Shown piece by piece: positions 18,516-28,822 of a stretch of DNA of 64,000 nucleotides. Positions within the stretch are counted from its first letter, which is position 1. Every line of letters begins with the position of its first letter. The notes under the pieces are model-generated. The model was not told where the DNA came from. It was given only the letters and a program-made list of their open reading frames with translations, and searched no databases. Origin of the DNA: an uncultured Prochlorococcus sp. (GTDB taxonomy: Bacteria > Cyanobacteriota > Cyanobacteriia > PCC-6307 > Cyanobiaceae); NCBI GenBank assembly GCA_902527105.1, contig CABZNT010000002.1, positions 96,706-160,705 of the forward strand. The letters are read 5' to 3'. The position numbers and the translations under genes are program-made.

Positions 18516-18659
18516 ATGAATAAAGAAGAAACATTAAAGCAAAAAGCTATTTTAAATGTAGGCTATTGTGAAACAACCTCTGAATGGCTCAATAGAATCA
18601 TTACTGAACTGGCGGATGAAAATAAAAATTTTGTAGATTTGTCAGTTATTTGTGCTTAA
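18516..18659 (+). CDS. 47-aa hypothetical protein
   Basis: MNKEETLKQKAILNVGYCETTSEWLNRII...VICA*. Confidence 0.45.
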   Translation: MNKEETLKQKAILNVGYCETTSEWLNRIITELADENKNFVDLSVICA

Positions 18660-18741
18660 TTTTTTAGAAATTATAGTTTATTTTGATTTTTTTTTCAGTA
18701 AGCTTTAAATTATTAGAGAAATTTAAAAGAAATTTTGTGAT

Positions 18742-19209
18742 TTGAATCCTAATAAAAAAAACATAGAAATAATTAAACAATTCAATTTATCTCCTCATCC
18801 TGAGGGTGGATGGTTTAGAGAAATAGTAAGGAGTGAGAATTCTCTAATAAGGGAAGATGGTCAAAGTAGAAACTTTATTACGGGAATTTATTATCTTTTG
18901 GAGAAAGATGCAAAAAGTGCTTGGCACAGAGTAAAAAATGCTGACGAAATTTGGATTTATTTAAAGGGCGACCCTCTGAATTTATGGTGCCTAGATAATG
19001 ATAATAAGTTAATAAGAAATTTAATTTTAGATTCCAATAATCCAGTAGAAATGATCCCATCTGGATATTGGCAAGCTGCAAAAAGTACAGGCGAATTTAC
19101 TTTAGTGAGTTGTTGTGTTGGCCCGGGCTTTGATTTTAAGGATTTTGAATTACTCAGAAATACAAATCATACTTTTAGATTGGATAAAGCAATTAATGAT
19201 CTTATTTGA
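18742..19209 (+). CDS. cupin_5 (DUF985) protein
   Basis: PHPEGGWFRE, WHRV..ADEIW, VGPGFDF.DF. Confidence 0.9.
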   Translation: MNPNKKNIEIIKQFNLSPHPEGGWFREIVRSENSLIREDGQSRNFITGIYYLLEKDAKSAWHRVKNADEIWIYLKGDPLNLWCLDNDNKLIRNLILDSNNPVEMIPSGYWQAAKSTGEFTLVSCCVGPGFDFKDFELLRNTNHTFRLDKAINDLI

Positions 19210-19279
19210 AACATTTTTTTGTTTATATTTTTGAAATTATCCTCTAGATTTATAAAGCTACTTAATCAATGTATTTGGG

Positions 19280-19657
19280 ATGAATCAAAATTCTGTCAAA
19301 ACAATTGGAATAAATGATGAACCAAGAAAAGATTCACACTTAGTATATGTAAATCAGGCTGATGGATTAAAAGGCGTCCTTAAAAGGGATTTTGATGAAT
19401 GGTCTAATTTTGATAGTTGGGAAAGTATTTCAGTTCAGCAATGGATTTTTTCTAGAGCTTTAGAGGTTTTCAGAGGTAAGAAAATTGATATTAAATGCGA
19501 CTGTTGTGAATATAATGATTTAATCCCAAATGATTTTGAGAGTATTAAAAAAGAAAAATGTTTTGGTAAAAAAAGTGCTTACATGATTGAAAAAGTTGTA
19601 GATGAAATCGTATTAGCTAAGGCAAGAAGAGAAAGTGATGGAACATATTCTGCGTAA
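19280..19657 (+). CDS. conserved hypothetical protein
   Basis: 125-aa ORF with CDCC. Confidence 0.7.
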   Translation: MNQNSVKTIGINDEPRKDSHLVYVNQADGLKGVLKRDFDEWSNFDSWESISVQQWIFSRALEVFRGKKIDIKCDCCEYNDLIPNDFESIKKEKCFGKKSAYMIEKVVDEIVLAKARRESDGTYSA

Positions 19658-19693
19658 GATTCATAAATATCTACGAAGTGAAAAACCTTTTAT

Positions 19694-19882
19694 TTACCAG
19701 TGAAAATTATCTGAAGAACCAATCGTTAAATTTCTAGTGGACATCTTATGGAACTTAAAGTGTACCGAATCACTGAACTCCTTTTCATCTGAGTAATTCA
19801 CAAGATCCACTGGGTCGATGTTTTCATCGAACCATGCATCATATTCAATATGGTTTGGTTCAGCAAAATAACTCATATCCAA
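19694..19882 (-). CDS. hypothetical protein
   Basis: 62-aa acidic ORF. Confidence 0.55.
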   Translation of the reverse strand: MDMSYFAEPNHIEYDAWFDENIDPVDLVNYSDEKEFSDSVHFKFHKMSTRNLTIGSSDNFHW

Positions 19883-20016
19883 TTAATAGCTTTCAAAAAA
19901 CGCATAAACGGTACATGCTATACCAAATTAAAATTCTTAATTTTTAGATAATCTATATTTTTAACTTGTTTATCAAGATTAGTTGCTAAAAAGATAGGAG
20001 AAATATCTATAAATTT

Positions 20017-20370
20017 ATGTCTCTCGATACATCCATGGTTTCTATCCATCCCCACTTCACAATCAAGGATGGGAAGATTGACCAGTGCATAGCTCTTTTA
20101 GAAGAAATTTTGGCACTAACAAAAGCTAATGAACCAGACTGCCTTTTTTTTAATATCACTACATGCGGGTCAGATAAGGCTTATGTAAGAGAGGCATATA
20201 AAAATGGTGCCGCTGCTTTATTTCATCTCAAAAATATGGGACATATGATTCCTAAGCTTTTTGAAGTGTCAGATATTACTGTGCAGGTCCAAGGCCCTGC
20301 CAAGGAGATTGAACCCTTGAAGGAAATACTGCCTGACGCTGATTTCTATGAAGCAATATCTGGATTTTGA
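20017..20370 (+). CDS. ABM/dimeric alpha-beta barrel-like protein
   Basis: NEPDCLFF...VREAYKN..AALFHL resembles antibiotic biosynthesis monooxygenase folds. Confidence 0.65.
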   Translation: MSLDTSMVSIHPHFTIKDGKIDQCIALLEEILALTKANEPDCLFFNITTCGSDKAYVREAYKNGAAALFHLKNMGHMIPKLFEVSDITVQVQGPAKEIEPLKEILPDADFYEAISGF

Positions 20371-20400
20371 TTTAGATTGTATGTATTGACAGTCGATCGC

Positions 20401-20425
20401 TGGGGCCTTTTAGCCCCCTTTTTTT
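20401..20425 (+). terminator. intrinsic terminator
   Basis: GGGGC-CTTTTA-GCCCC followed by a T run. Confidence 0.75.
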
Positions 20426-20502
20426 ATTTAGGAATTCAAAATAAATTAATCTTCCCTTTACTTTTATAAAGTAACTTTATTATCAGCTTAAATATTATTT
20501 TT

Positions 20503-20850
20503 ATGGCATCAACTTTTTATATTGTTCATCATGAATTTAAGGCAGGAAAAGCTGAAAAATGGTGGGAAACAGCTTATGCGGCAATGTCACCAGGTGGTGG
20601 ATGGGATGAGGCGGTAGCAGCTAATAAAGAAAAAGGATTTTTTAACCATTCTGCAAATGCCGTAAATAAAACTGGCCCTGTGTATTGTTTTTGGGAAGTA
20701 AAAGAGGGTATTTCTGCTGAAGATTTTCAGGAGTTTATAGATGGACCCTCTGGTCCAGGGTTTGGACAAGATGCTCTGATGAATATCTGTAAACCAATTG
20801 ATACATCATTAATGAATGGACAAACACCTTATCCACCAGTTTTTTCTTGA
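20503..20850 (+). CDS. conserved hypothetical protein (alpha-beta barrel-like)
   Basis: 115-aa ORF, YCFWEVKEG..FQEFIDGP. Confidence 0.75.
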   Translation: MASTFYIVHHEFKAGKAEKWWETAYAAMSPGGGWDEAVAANKEKGFFNHSANAVNKTGPVYCFWEVKEGISAEDFQEFIDGPSGPGFGQDALMNICKPIDTSLMNGQTPYPPVFS

Positions 20851-20893
20851 TTATTGACAGTCGATCTAAAATAAATAGCAATTAGTTTTTTTT

Positions 20894-21178
20894 ATGACTA
20901 TTGAAACTACTGTTTTCACCTTTAAACTTTCAAATACATTTGAGGAATGGGTAAAAATGTTTGATAGCCCAGAGATAGATGCATTTCATAAAACGGTAGG
21001 ACTTACTCCTCTATATCGTGGCAAAAGTTTAATTGATCCAAAAGAAGTTATTGTTATTCATCAAGCTGAGGAAGGTGTGGCTAAGCATGTTTTTTCAGAT
21101 CCTGAAACCATTAAGAATATAGAATCTGGAGGACATATTTATAGCACAACGAAAATCACAAGTTGGGTTTCTGATTAG
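20894..21178 (+). CDS. DUF3764 family protein
   Basis: ETTVFTFKLSNTFEEW..FD, LYRGKS..DP..VIVIHQA, SGGH. Confidence 0.8.
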   Translation: MTIETTVFTFKLSNTFEEWVKMFDSPEIDAFHKTVGLTPLYRGKSLIDPKEVIVIHQAEEGVAKHVFSDPETIKNIESGGHIYSTTKITSWVSD

Positions 21179-21302
21179 TCGAAAAAGTAACTATGCAAAC
21201 TTATACAAGTTTAATGCTTAACAGGAATCCCATATAAGATCTTTAAAACTTGATTAGGATATAGCTGAGTTTAAATATAAGAGTATTAACTAATTAGTTC
21301 GA

Positions 21303-21422
21303 CTAAATTATTAATAAGAATCTGAGTGCAAGCGGTAACCACAGGCATAGAAGAAGCATTAGTAAAAGAGTAATAGCATGGATATTTGGAATGTAATGCT
21401 CTTTTAAAATTTGTGTTTTCAT
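21303..21422 (-). CDS. 39-aa hydrophobic micro-ORF
   Basis: MKTQILKEHYIPNIHAITLLLMLLLCLWLPLALRFLLII*. Confidence 0.4.
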   Translation of the reverse strand: MKTQILKEHYIPNIHAITLLLMLLLCLWLPLALRFLLII

Positions 21423-21655
21423 AATTTATCTCGCCTTCTTAAGTTTGATTTCTCTTCTGATAAGCAACGCTATTACCACAACACACATGTTCATTAGAAA
21501 AACGTCTAATGGCATTTTTTAAAAAGTCTCTATTAAATTAATAGCAAGATTATTGATCTATGAATCAAGAGATGATTACAAATGTTTATTGGCTTAATAA
21601 AAGGAATTTAAAAATTAAATTTATGCTTAAATATCTCAGTTCTCATAACTATTAA

Positions 21656-21958
21656 ATGGTTTATTCAGAAACAAGAATAGTAATAGGCGGTCTAGCTCAT
21701 GTACCTGTTCTTATTTTTATAGCCAATTTTATTAAAGGTAAGTTTGGGATTAAAACTGAAGAGACAAAAGATACTGTAGTCAAAGGAGAGCCACTTAAAA
21801 TTATTGAGGTAAAAGATACTGTAGTTAAAGAAGGAAAAGCAGAAGCTATAAAAGAAATCTCCAGTAAGCTGGACAGTATCGAAAAGAAGGCTGATAAGCT
21901 TTATGAAAAGGTAAAGAAGAAAAAAAAGGATAAGAAGAAGAAAAAAAAGAATAACTAG
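21656..21958 (+). CDS. hypothetical protein with N-terminal TM segment and poly-Lys tail
   Basis: RIVIGGLAHVP motif; KDTVVK repeat. Confidence 0.65.
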   Translation: MVYSETRIVIGGLAHVPVLIFIANFIKGKFGIKTEETKDTVVKGEPLKIIEVKDTVVKEGKAEAIKEISSKLDSIEKKADKLYEKVKKKKKDKKKKKKNN

Positions 21959-22140
21959 ATTGAGATCCTATCAAGCATTAATATGTTTTGAGCTTGGATT
22001 GTGTCTCTCTTATGTTCATCTTCGGGGTCTTTATAAGATTCAATTTCAGCTTGAATTTTTCTCTTGTAAACTCCTTTGATATAGTCCATTTCTCTTTTGT
22101 CTTTGTCCAGAATTGAGAATGGTGATCTTTTTAAGTTCAT
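21955..22140 (-). CDS. hypothetical protein
   Basis: 61-aa ORF with GGAG RBS. Confidence 0.6.
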   Translation of the reverse strand: MNLKRSPFSILDKDKREMDYIKGVYKRKIQAEIESYKDPEDEHKRDTIQAQNILMLDRISI

Positions 22141-22167
22141 AACTTTCTCCTAATAAATAAGTTTTGA

Positions 22168-22305
22168 TCAGCTCCATTTTTTATCAGATTCAACAAAGCT
22201 ATCCAATGTTTGCTGATTCCTGATTTCTTCCTCAAGAATTTCTTCTTCTGATCTTTCTTCAATCTCAGATTTAAGATCTTCTTTTAGAGTGGATTTGGTA
22301 GACAT
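22168..22305 (-). CDS. 45-aa acidic hypothetical protein
   Basis: MSTKSTLKEDLKSEIEERSEEEILEEEIRNQQTLDSFVESDKKWS*. Confidence 0.55.
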   Translation of the reverse strand: MSTKSTLKEDLKSEIEERSEEEILEEEIRNQQTLDSFVESDKKWS

Positions 22306-22533
22306 TTGCTCATGACGACTACAATAATGTTCTAACTAGTTAGAGAGGCCATTCGACTAATAAATATGTACGGTTTGAGGTACTCCCTTATACGGATAAA
22401 GGATCAACAATTAAATTTGAATATGGTTAAAATTCGAGAAATCGCGATTAGTTTTTTCCCCCTTTAAAAATCATTAGTAAAGGCAGACCAACTAGCATCA
22501 GACTTCCATCAATTAATAAAAAAGTATTCAGGT

Positions 22534-22737
22534 TCATTTATCCATTCCTTTGGGGGCATCCCAATTTAGGGGTATCCCTTTTTTAACTGGTTCTTTTTTC
22601 ATATCATCCATCTCTTTTCTGATTTTGTTGTAGTATGCCAACTCTTCTGGATCATCAGAACCAAGACCATAATTCATGGTCGCTGCAAGATAAATTCGGT
22701 GCATACGGTATGACGATAGTGACATTACTAAAGACAA
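22534..22737 (-). CDS. hypothetical protein
   Basis: MHRIYLAATMNYGLGSDDPEE motif. Confidence 0.65.
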   Translation of the reverse strand: MSLVMSLSSYRMHRIYLAATMNYGLGSDDPEELAYYNKIRKEMDDMKKEPVKKGIPLNWDAPKGMDK

Positions 22738-22813
22738 TCTCTGTTAAATATATTTGAATTATAGTTAAAGTGCTGATCTACGAAATCTCAGTTATATTAA
22801 TCAATTGCTCAAG

Positions 22814-22885
<72 letters not shown>

Positions 22886-22895
22886 AATTTTAAAG

Positions 22896-22977
22896 TGGGC
22901 CGGGTTGGATTTGAACCAACGTAGGCAGAGCCAGCGGATTTACAGTCCGCCCCCTTTAACCACTCGGGCACCGACCC
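22896..22977 (-). tRNA. tRNA-Tyr(GTA)
   Basis: GGGTCGGTGCCCGAGTGGTTAAAGGGGGCGGACT-GTA-AATCCGC...GGTTCAAATCCAACCCGGCCCA, long variable arm. Confidence 0.97.
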
Positions 22978-23076
22978 CCACTATTTGAACTTATCAGTTA
23001 ATGGACACTTTGTGTGAAATTGTTTTGGTTTTTTTGTTTCTTTCTAGATAGCATTTGTAAAGAAAAGACTTTATTG

Positions 23077-23520
23077 ATGATGAATATTTTATTGATAAAT
23101 GGACCAAATCTTAATCTTTTGGGCACTAGAGAACCTGAAATATACGGTAATAAAACATTGAGTGATATCGAAAAAGATTTAACTAAAGTTGCTAAAGAAA
23201 AAAGTATTAATCTTGAATGTTTTCAAAGTAATCATGAAGGAGAAATAGTAGATAAAATTCAGGAGTCTGTAGAAAGTATCCAAGGTATTCTTATAAATGC
23301 TGGTGCTTTTACTCATACCTCGATTTCTATTCGTGATGCTTTAATTGGATCAAAAATTCCTTTTGTAGAATTACATATTTCAAATATTTTCAGTAGAGAA
23401 GATTTTCGTAAAGAATCTTTTCTTACAGATAAAGCTATAGGAATTATTAGTGGATTCGGCATATCAAGTTATTCCTTAGCTCTTGAAGGAATCATTGGAT
23501 ATTTGAGTATTAAAGATTAA
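23077..23520 (+). CDS. aroQ: type II 3-dehydroquinate dehydratase
   Basis: [24 protein letters not shown]; start moved to MMNILL. Confidence 0.95.
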   Translation: MMNILLINGPNLNLLGTREPEIYGNKTLSDIEKDLTKVAKEKSINLECFQSNHEGEIVDKIQESVESIQGILINAGAFTHTSISIRDALIGSKIPFVELHISNIFSREDFRKESFLTDKAIGIISGFGISSYSLALEGIIGYLSIKD

Positions 23521-24129
23521 ATGCTAGTCGATTTTAAAAGGCCCAATTCTCATATTAAATATTTATCGTCATTTACCTCAGATGAGTGGATTAAACTCGC
23601 ATTATCTAATCCAATAGATATTCTTATTGACCATGCTAATTGTGAAAGAAAAGCAGCAGGAGTAGCTATTCAATTGATGTTTAGATATCCATCAGAACCA
23701 AATCTGGCAGAAGTTTTAAGTCCAATAGCGAGAGAGGAATTAGAACATTTTGAAAAAATACTTTATTTTTTAAAGAATCTTGGACATTCTCTTGAGTCCT
23801 TAAAACCGCCTCCATATGGAGCTGAATTGTCCAAGCATATAAGAAAGGAAGAGCCCAATAGAATGCTTGATAGTTTTTTAATAGCAGGACTTATTGAAGC
23901 AAGAAGTCATGAAAGATTAAGCTTGCTTGCACTGAATTATGAAGATAAATCGTTTAAATCCCTTTATGAGTCTCTGCTAGAGAGTGAGGCAAGACATTTT
24001 GGAGTTTACTTGAAACTAGCGCAAACTAAATTCTCTAAAAATCAAACTTTCAAAAGGTTAGAGGAATTGTCTGAAATTGAGTCAGCAATATTGGCTGAAA
24101 CTTTCGTATTGCCAAGGGTACATAGCTAA
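23521..24129 (+). CDS. miaE: tRNA-(ms2io6A) hydroxylase
   Basis: DHANCERKAA, REELEHF, IEARSHER, SEARH. Confidence 0.92.
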   Translation: MLVDFKRPNSHIKYLSSFTSDEWIKLALSNPIDILIDHANCERKAAGVAIQLMFRYPSEPNLAEVLSPIAREELEHFEKILYFLKNLGHSLESLKPPPYGAELSKHIRKEEPNRMLDSFLIAGLIEARSHERLSLLALNYEDKSFKSLYESLLESEARHFGVYLKLAQTKFSKNQTFKRLEELSEIESAILAETFVLPRVHS

Positions 24130-24145
24130 AGTTAATAAAATAAAA

Positions 24146-24901
24146 ATGATAATAAAAAAGTTCTTAAGTTTACTTAATTCATATAAAACTGATTTACCAA
24201 CATTCACCATCGTTGGTGTAGGCCCTGGAGATCCATCACTTTTAACAATTGCTGCTGTGGATGCAATAAAAAAAGCGAAAGTTATAGTTTTCCCAATATC
24301 AGATGATAATAAAAAGAGTTTTGCTGCGGAAATAGTCAAGAAATATACCAAATTTAAAAAAAATATCCCCATCATCTTCCCAATGGCTAGGAAGGATTTT
24401 GATCCAGATCAAATATGGTCTAATGCTGTAGAAAAAATTGTGAAATTTATAAAAAATGGCGAATCAGTTGTTTTACTTTGTCTTGGAGATACTTCACTAT
24501 TTGCAAGTTCTTCTAATATCTTGAGGTTAATAAAAAATAATCATGCTGAGATTATTACCAAAACCATACCTGGTATTTCCTCTATTTCAGCGGCAGCAGC
24601 TTTGAATGATTTTGATTTGGTAAAAAAAGGCGAGACTTTAATCATCAAAGAATGCCCTTCTTCAGAATCTGAACTAACAACCCTAATTAGGGAAAGTAAG
24701 GCAAATAAAACGGTATTGGCCATTATGAAAGTTGGCAAAAGATGGAATTTAGTTAGGGAAATTTTAAAAAAAGAGGATATCATCAATACAACATTAGTAG
24801 CTTTGAGTGTTGGGATGCCTGATCAAATTATTCAATATGCATCACAATATAATAAGGAATTTATGCCTTATTTTTCTTTGATTTTGATAAGGTTCGATTA
24901 A
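24146..24901 (+). CDS. cobI: precorrin-2 C20-methyltransferase
   Basis: VGVGPGDPSLLT, FPM, GD.S.F, IPGISS; start moved to ATG 24146. Confidence 0.88.
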   Translation: MIIKKFLSLLNSYKTDLPTFTIVGVGPGDPSLLTIAAVDAIKKAKVIVFPISDDNKKSFAAEIVKKYTKFKKNIPIIFPMARKDFDPDQIWSNAVEKIVKFIKNGESVVLLCLGDTSLFASSSNILRLIKNNHAEIITKTIPGISSISAAAALNDFDLVKKGETLIIKECPSSESELTTLIRESKANKTVLAIMKVGKRWNLVREILKKEDIINTTLVALSVGMPDQIIQYASQYNKEFMPYFSLILIRFD

Positions 24902-25386
24902 TGTATAAAAAAGAAAAATTAGTTGAAAATAAATTTACATGGCCAATATGTAAGGATCTATTATTTCTTGTCCTCGAAGATAGGGTTAGTGACGTTTTTG
25001 TTTGTGAATTGGTTTGGGAAAGACTTTCTTATACTAAAGAACACTCTATAAATGATTGGGCCTTTAGCGCATTAACTCCTTCTTATTGGTCAGAAAAATT
25101 TGAAAAAGCTCCTCAAATCATTGCAGAGCGACCAGCCTCAATACATTTGACTCGATCAATTCCAAAAGAATATAAACAGGGATTGAAAAATTTTCTCAAT
25201 TTTAAAGGTTATAAGATTAATGAACTCTATCCAAGAAGAACTAGAAGAGCGACGGCAGTAAATTGGTTGATTTATTGGTCGATTGAAAATGATTGTTTTT
25301 CAAAAGATAGTGGATTAATGCCAAGTCCTAGTTCACCCCCTGTTAATCCAGTTAAAGGACATTTTGGCGATCCAGAAATTAAATAA
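24901..25386 (+). CDS. DUF1823 family protein
   Basis: SD.FV..LVWERL.Y, LTRSIPKE.KQ, PRRTRRATAVNW. Confidence 0.85.
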   Translation: MYKKEKLVENKFTWPICKDLLFLVLEDRVSDVFVCELVWERLSYTKEHSINDWAFSALTPSYWSEKFEKAPQIIAERPASIHLTRSIPKEYKQGLKNFLNFKGYKINELYPRRTRRATAVNWLIYWSIENDCFSKDSGLMPSPSSPPVNPVKGHFGDPEIK

Positions 25387-25460
25387 GTTTTTTTGAAAAA
25401 GGTAAATGATTCTATTAAAGGTATAGTTGTAATGGATACTACTTTCTTTGGAGAGAAGAA

Positions 25461-26834
25461 TTGATTCTTCCTACAATAGCAATTATCGGAAGACCTAACG
25501 TTGGGAAATCTACCTTAGTTAATCGTCTTTGCCAAAGTAATGACGCAATAGTATTTGATAAGCCAGGTGTTACAAGAGATAGAACTTATCAAAATGCTTC
25601 ATGGGGAGGTAAGGAATTTCAAATAGTTGATACTGGAGGTTTAGTTTTTGATGATGATAGTGAATTTCTCCCAGAAATAAGGACACAAGTTTTCTTAGCT
25701 CTAGAAGAGGCTTCACTCGCGTTACTGGTGGTAGATGGGAATCAAGGCGTTACTGATGGTGATTTATCAATAGCAAAATGGTTAAGAAACTCAAGCTGTA
25801 AAACAATTGTTGCTGTTAATAAATGTGAATCGACTACTCTAGGAATATCCCTAGCTTCAGAGTTCTGGAAATTAGGATTGGGCGAACCTAACCCTGTTTC
25901 AGCTATTCATGGTTCAGGTACTGGTGATCTTTTAGATCTCGTTATTGGCGAACTTCCTGAAAATAATATCCAGGATGATGAAGAAAAGATAATGATGTCT
26001 ATTATTGGTAGGCCTAATGTTGGTAAATCTAGTTTGTTAAATTCAATCTGTGGAGAAAAAAGAGCAATAGTTAGTGATATTAGTGGTACGACAACTGATT
26101 CAATAGATACGCTCATTAAAAAAGGTGATAATCATTGGAAAATTATTGATACTGCAGGGATTAGAAGAAAGAAAAATGTTAAATATGGCACTGAATTTTT
26201 TGGTATTAATAGGGCTTTTAAATCTATAGATAGAAGTGATGTTTGTGTTTTAGTTATCGATGCTATTGATGGAGTAACTGATCAAGACCAGAAGCTGGCT
26301 GGGCGCATAGAAGAACAAGGCAGAGCTTGCATAATTGTTGTTAATAAATGGGATCTTGTAGAAAAAAATAGTTCAACAATTTATCAAGTAGAAAAAGAAC
26401 TTAGATCTAAACTTTATTTTTTACACTGGTCAAAAATGATTTTTATATCTGCCCTAACTGGTCAAAGGGTTGATAATATTTTTGAGCATGCTCTTAATGC
26501 TGTAAATCAACATAGAAGAAGAGTTACAACATCTGTAGTTAATGAAGTACTTAAAGAATCAATTAGTTGGAAAAGTCCTCCAACGAAGAGAAGCGGAAAG
26601 CAAGGTAGGCTTTATTACGGTACTCAAGTAAAGAACAAACCTCCCACTTTTACTCTTTTTGTAAATGACCCTAAATTATTCGGAATAACTTATAGAAGAT
26701 ATATTGAAAAACAAATTAGAGTAAATTTAGGCTTTGAAGGTACACCCCTCATTTTACTTTGGAGAGGGAAACAGCAAAGAGCTTTAAATAAAGAAGTCGA
26801 AAGAGAAAATATAGAGTTAATTCAAAAAGATTAA
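25461..26834 (+). CDS. der: ribosome biogenesis GTPase Der (EngA)
   Basis: two GRPNVGKS G-domains. Confidence 0.97.
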
Positions 26835-27748
26835 TGAATTTGCTAACCAAATTTTCTGTTGGTCAATACGTTCATGGTAATAGAAGTTGGCTAAGAATTA
26901 TAGATAGTAGATTAAAAATAATTATCGTAATGATATTTTTAATCACTCCAATCTGGGCAGGTCCAATATGGAGATTGAGTTTAGTTGGTTTTTTACTATT
27001 AATTACTTTTTTAAGTTTTTTACCATCTAGAGTATGGTGGCGATCATTATTTTTTCTCTCATGCTTGTCACTTCTAATTGGATGTATATCAATTCTTGCC
27101 TCTTCTGATATTCAATCTCTTGATGGCTACTTGAGAGATCCCAATGAGTTGCAAGTAGTACTGGAAAGCCAAAAAGAATGGAATATTTTGCAAATTCCTT
27201 CGCAAAAGATATGGTTTATTAATTTTGGTCCTTATAACTTATCAAGAAAAGCCTTTGAACTAGGAATAAAAACCTCTACTTTGATATTTACCGTTATTCA
27301 TAGTGTAAATTTGATGCTTTTAACCACATTGCAGGAAGATATCGTATGGGGATTAAGTTGGTTTATGTATCCATTAAGAAAGATTGGATTGCCAACTAGT
27401 AAGTGGCTGTTTCAGTTGTTAATTGCATTACGTTTTATTCCTCTAGTGCAGGAAGAACTTCAAAATATCATTAAATCAGTGTCAGTTAGATCAATAAATT
27501 TTCGAAATTTAGGATTAAAGAAATCTTTTAATGTTTTGTTAATTTTAGTGGAGAGGTTATTTCAAAATATTTTTCTGAGAATTGATCATGGAGCAGAATC
27601 ATTACTTTCAAAAAAAAATATTATTATTAAAACCAACAGATTTAGAACTCTTTATCCTTCAAAATCACTCAATGTAATTGTTAATACATTATCGATTTGT
27701 TTTATTTGCATAGCAATTTTTCTTAGAAAACTGTATGGTGCATTATAA
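26834..27748 (+). CDS. CbiQ/EcfT family ECF transporter T component
   Basis: GQYV.G..S.L..D.R.K, ALRFIPLV.EE. Confidence 0.85.
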   Translation: MNLLTKFSVGQYVHGNRSWLRIIDSRLKIIIVMIFLITPIWAGPIWRLSLVGFLLLITFLSFLPSRVWWRSLFFLSCLSLLIGCISILASSDIQSLDGYLRDPNELQVVLESQKEWNILQIPSQKIWFINFGPYNLSRKAFELGIKTSTLIFTVIHSVNLMLLTTLQEDIVWGLSWFMYPLRKIGLPTSKWLFQLLIALRFIPLVQEELQNIIKSVSVRSINFRNLGLKKSFNVLLILVERLFQNIFLRIDHGAESLLSKKNIIIKTNRFRTLYPSKSLNVIVNTLSICFICIAIFLRKLYGAL

Positions 27749-27766
27749 ATAACACAATATTTAGGT

Positions 27767-28033
27767 TTGAGTTCTGAGCGTTATTTAAACCATCCAACAT
27801 TTGGTATGTTGTACCAAGTCTCTCCTGGAAATGATGGGAGAGATATTTATGCGACTTTATATGCTCAAAAAATGTTTTTTTTGGTAGAAGTTAGACAGAG
27901 AGAAGTTTTTTTTGAAGTAATACCTTACTTAGATGCTCGTAATCAGGCGGAATTAAACCTTCAAAAAGCTAGAAGAAAAGGATCTGAAGAACTATCTAAA
28001 TGGGAGAATTTATTTACGCAAACTTTCTTATAA
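27767..28033 (+). CDS. pipX: PII-interacting protein X
   Basis: ERYLNHPTFGMLY, ATLYAQKMFFLV. Confidence 0.95.
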   Translation: MSSERYLNHPTFGMLYQVSPGNDGRDIYATLYAQKMFFLVEVRQREVFFEVIPYLDARNQAELNLQKARRKGSEELSKWENLFTQTFL

Positions 28034-28036
28034 AAT

Positions 28037-28672
28037 GTGAACCCTGCAAATTATTTAGAAATAAAAAATAAAATTCCTTCAAATGTAAATATTCTTGCGG
28101 TAAGTAAAGGATTTAAAAGTCAAGAAATCAAGACTATTCAAAATATAGGTCAGAACGATTTTGGTGAAAGTAAGGTTCAAGAGGCGCTTGAAAAACAATT
28201 AACCTTAAAAGAACATAAACAAATAAATTGGCACTTTATTGGAAGAATACAAAGTAATAAAATAAGGAAAATAGTTCAAAATTTTAAATACATTCATTCA
28301 GTAGATTCATTTGAAAAGTTGCAAAAGATTTCTAATATTTCACGTGAAGAGAAGAAAAATCCATTAATAATGTTGCAGGTTAAGTTGAGTGATGACCCTA
28401 CTAAAGGAGGCTTTAATCCTGAATATTTAATAATGAAATGGAGGGAAATTCAAGAGTTGAAAAATATTTCATTAAGCGGTTTGATGACTATCAATCCTAA
28501 AGGACTTAGCTCTAAAGAAAATTTAGGGTTGTTCAAAAAATGTCGTGCTCTTGCTGATTCACTGCAACTACCAGATTGTTCAATGGGGATGTCTGGAGAT
28601 TGGGAGGAAGCTATTGACGCTGGATCAACTTGGTTAAGATTAGGATCATTGATTTTTGGAGGTAGATCCTAA
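28037..28672 (+). CDS. pipY: YggS/PipY PLP-binding protein
   Basis: LAVSK, FGES, WHFIG.IQSNK, SMGMSGD. Confidence 0.93.
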   Translation: MNPANYLEIKNKIPSNVNILAVSKGFKSQEIKTIQNIGQNDFGESKVQEALEKQLTLKEHKQINWHFIGRIQSNKIRKIVQNFKYIHSVDSFEKLQKISNISREEKKNPLIMLQVKLSDDPTKGGFNPEYLIMKWREIQELKNISLSGLMTINPKGLSSKENLGLFKKCRALADSLQLPDCSMGMSGDWEEAIDAGSTWLRLGSLIFGGRS

Positions 28673-28822
28673 TTAGTTATTTTTTTATAAAAATCTTATC
28701 TATAAACTTGCAGTTAAGTTCAACTAACGTTATTTAAGTATAGGTAGTTTATTCATTTAATAAATGAATCTATTACTCAAGGTTCTTAAACCTTAGTAAT
28801 CAATTTCAAGAGGATTTAAAAG

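Noticed and set aside
19668-22785. 9-bp direct repeat ATCTACGAA near 19669 and beside tRNA-Thr
   Set aside because: Too short to distinguish from chance and not part of the tRNA sequence.
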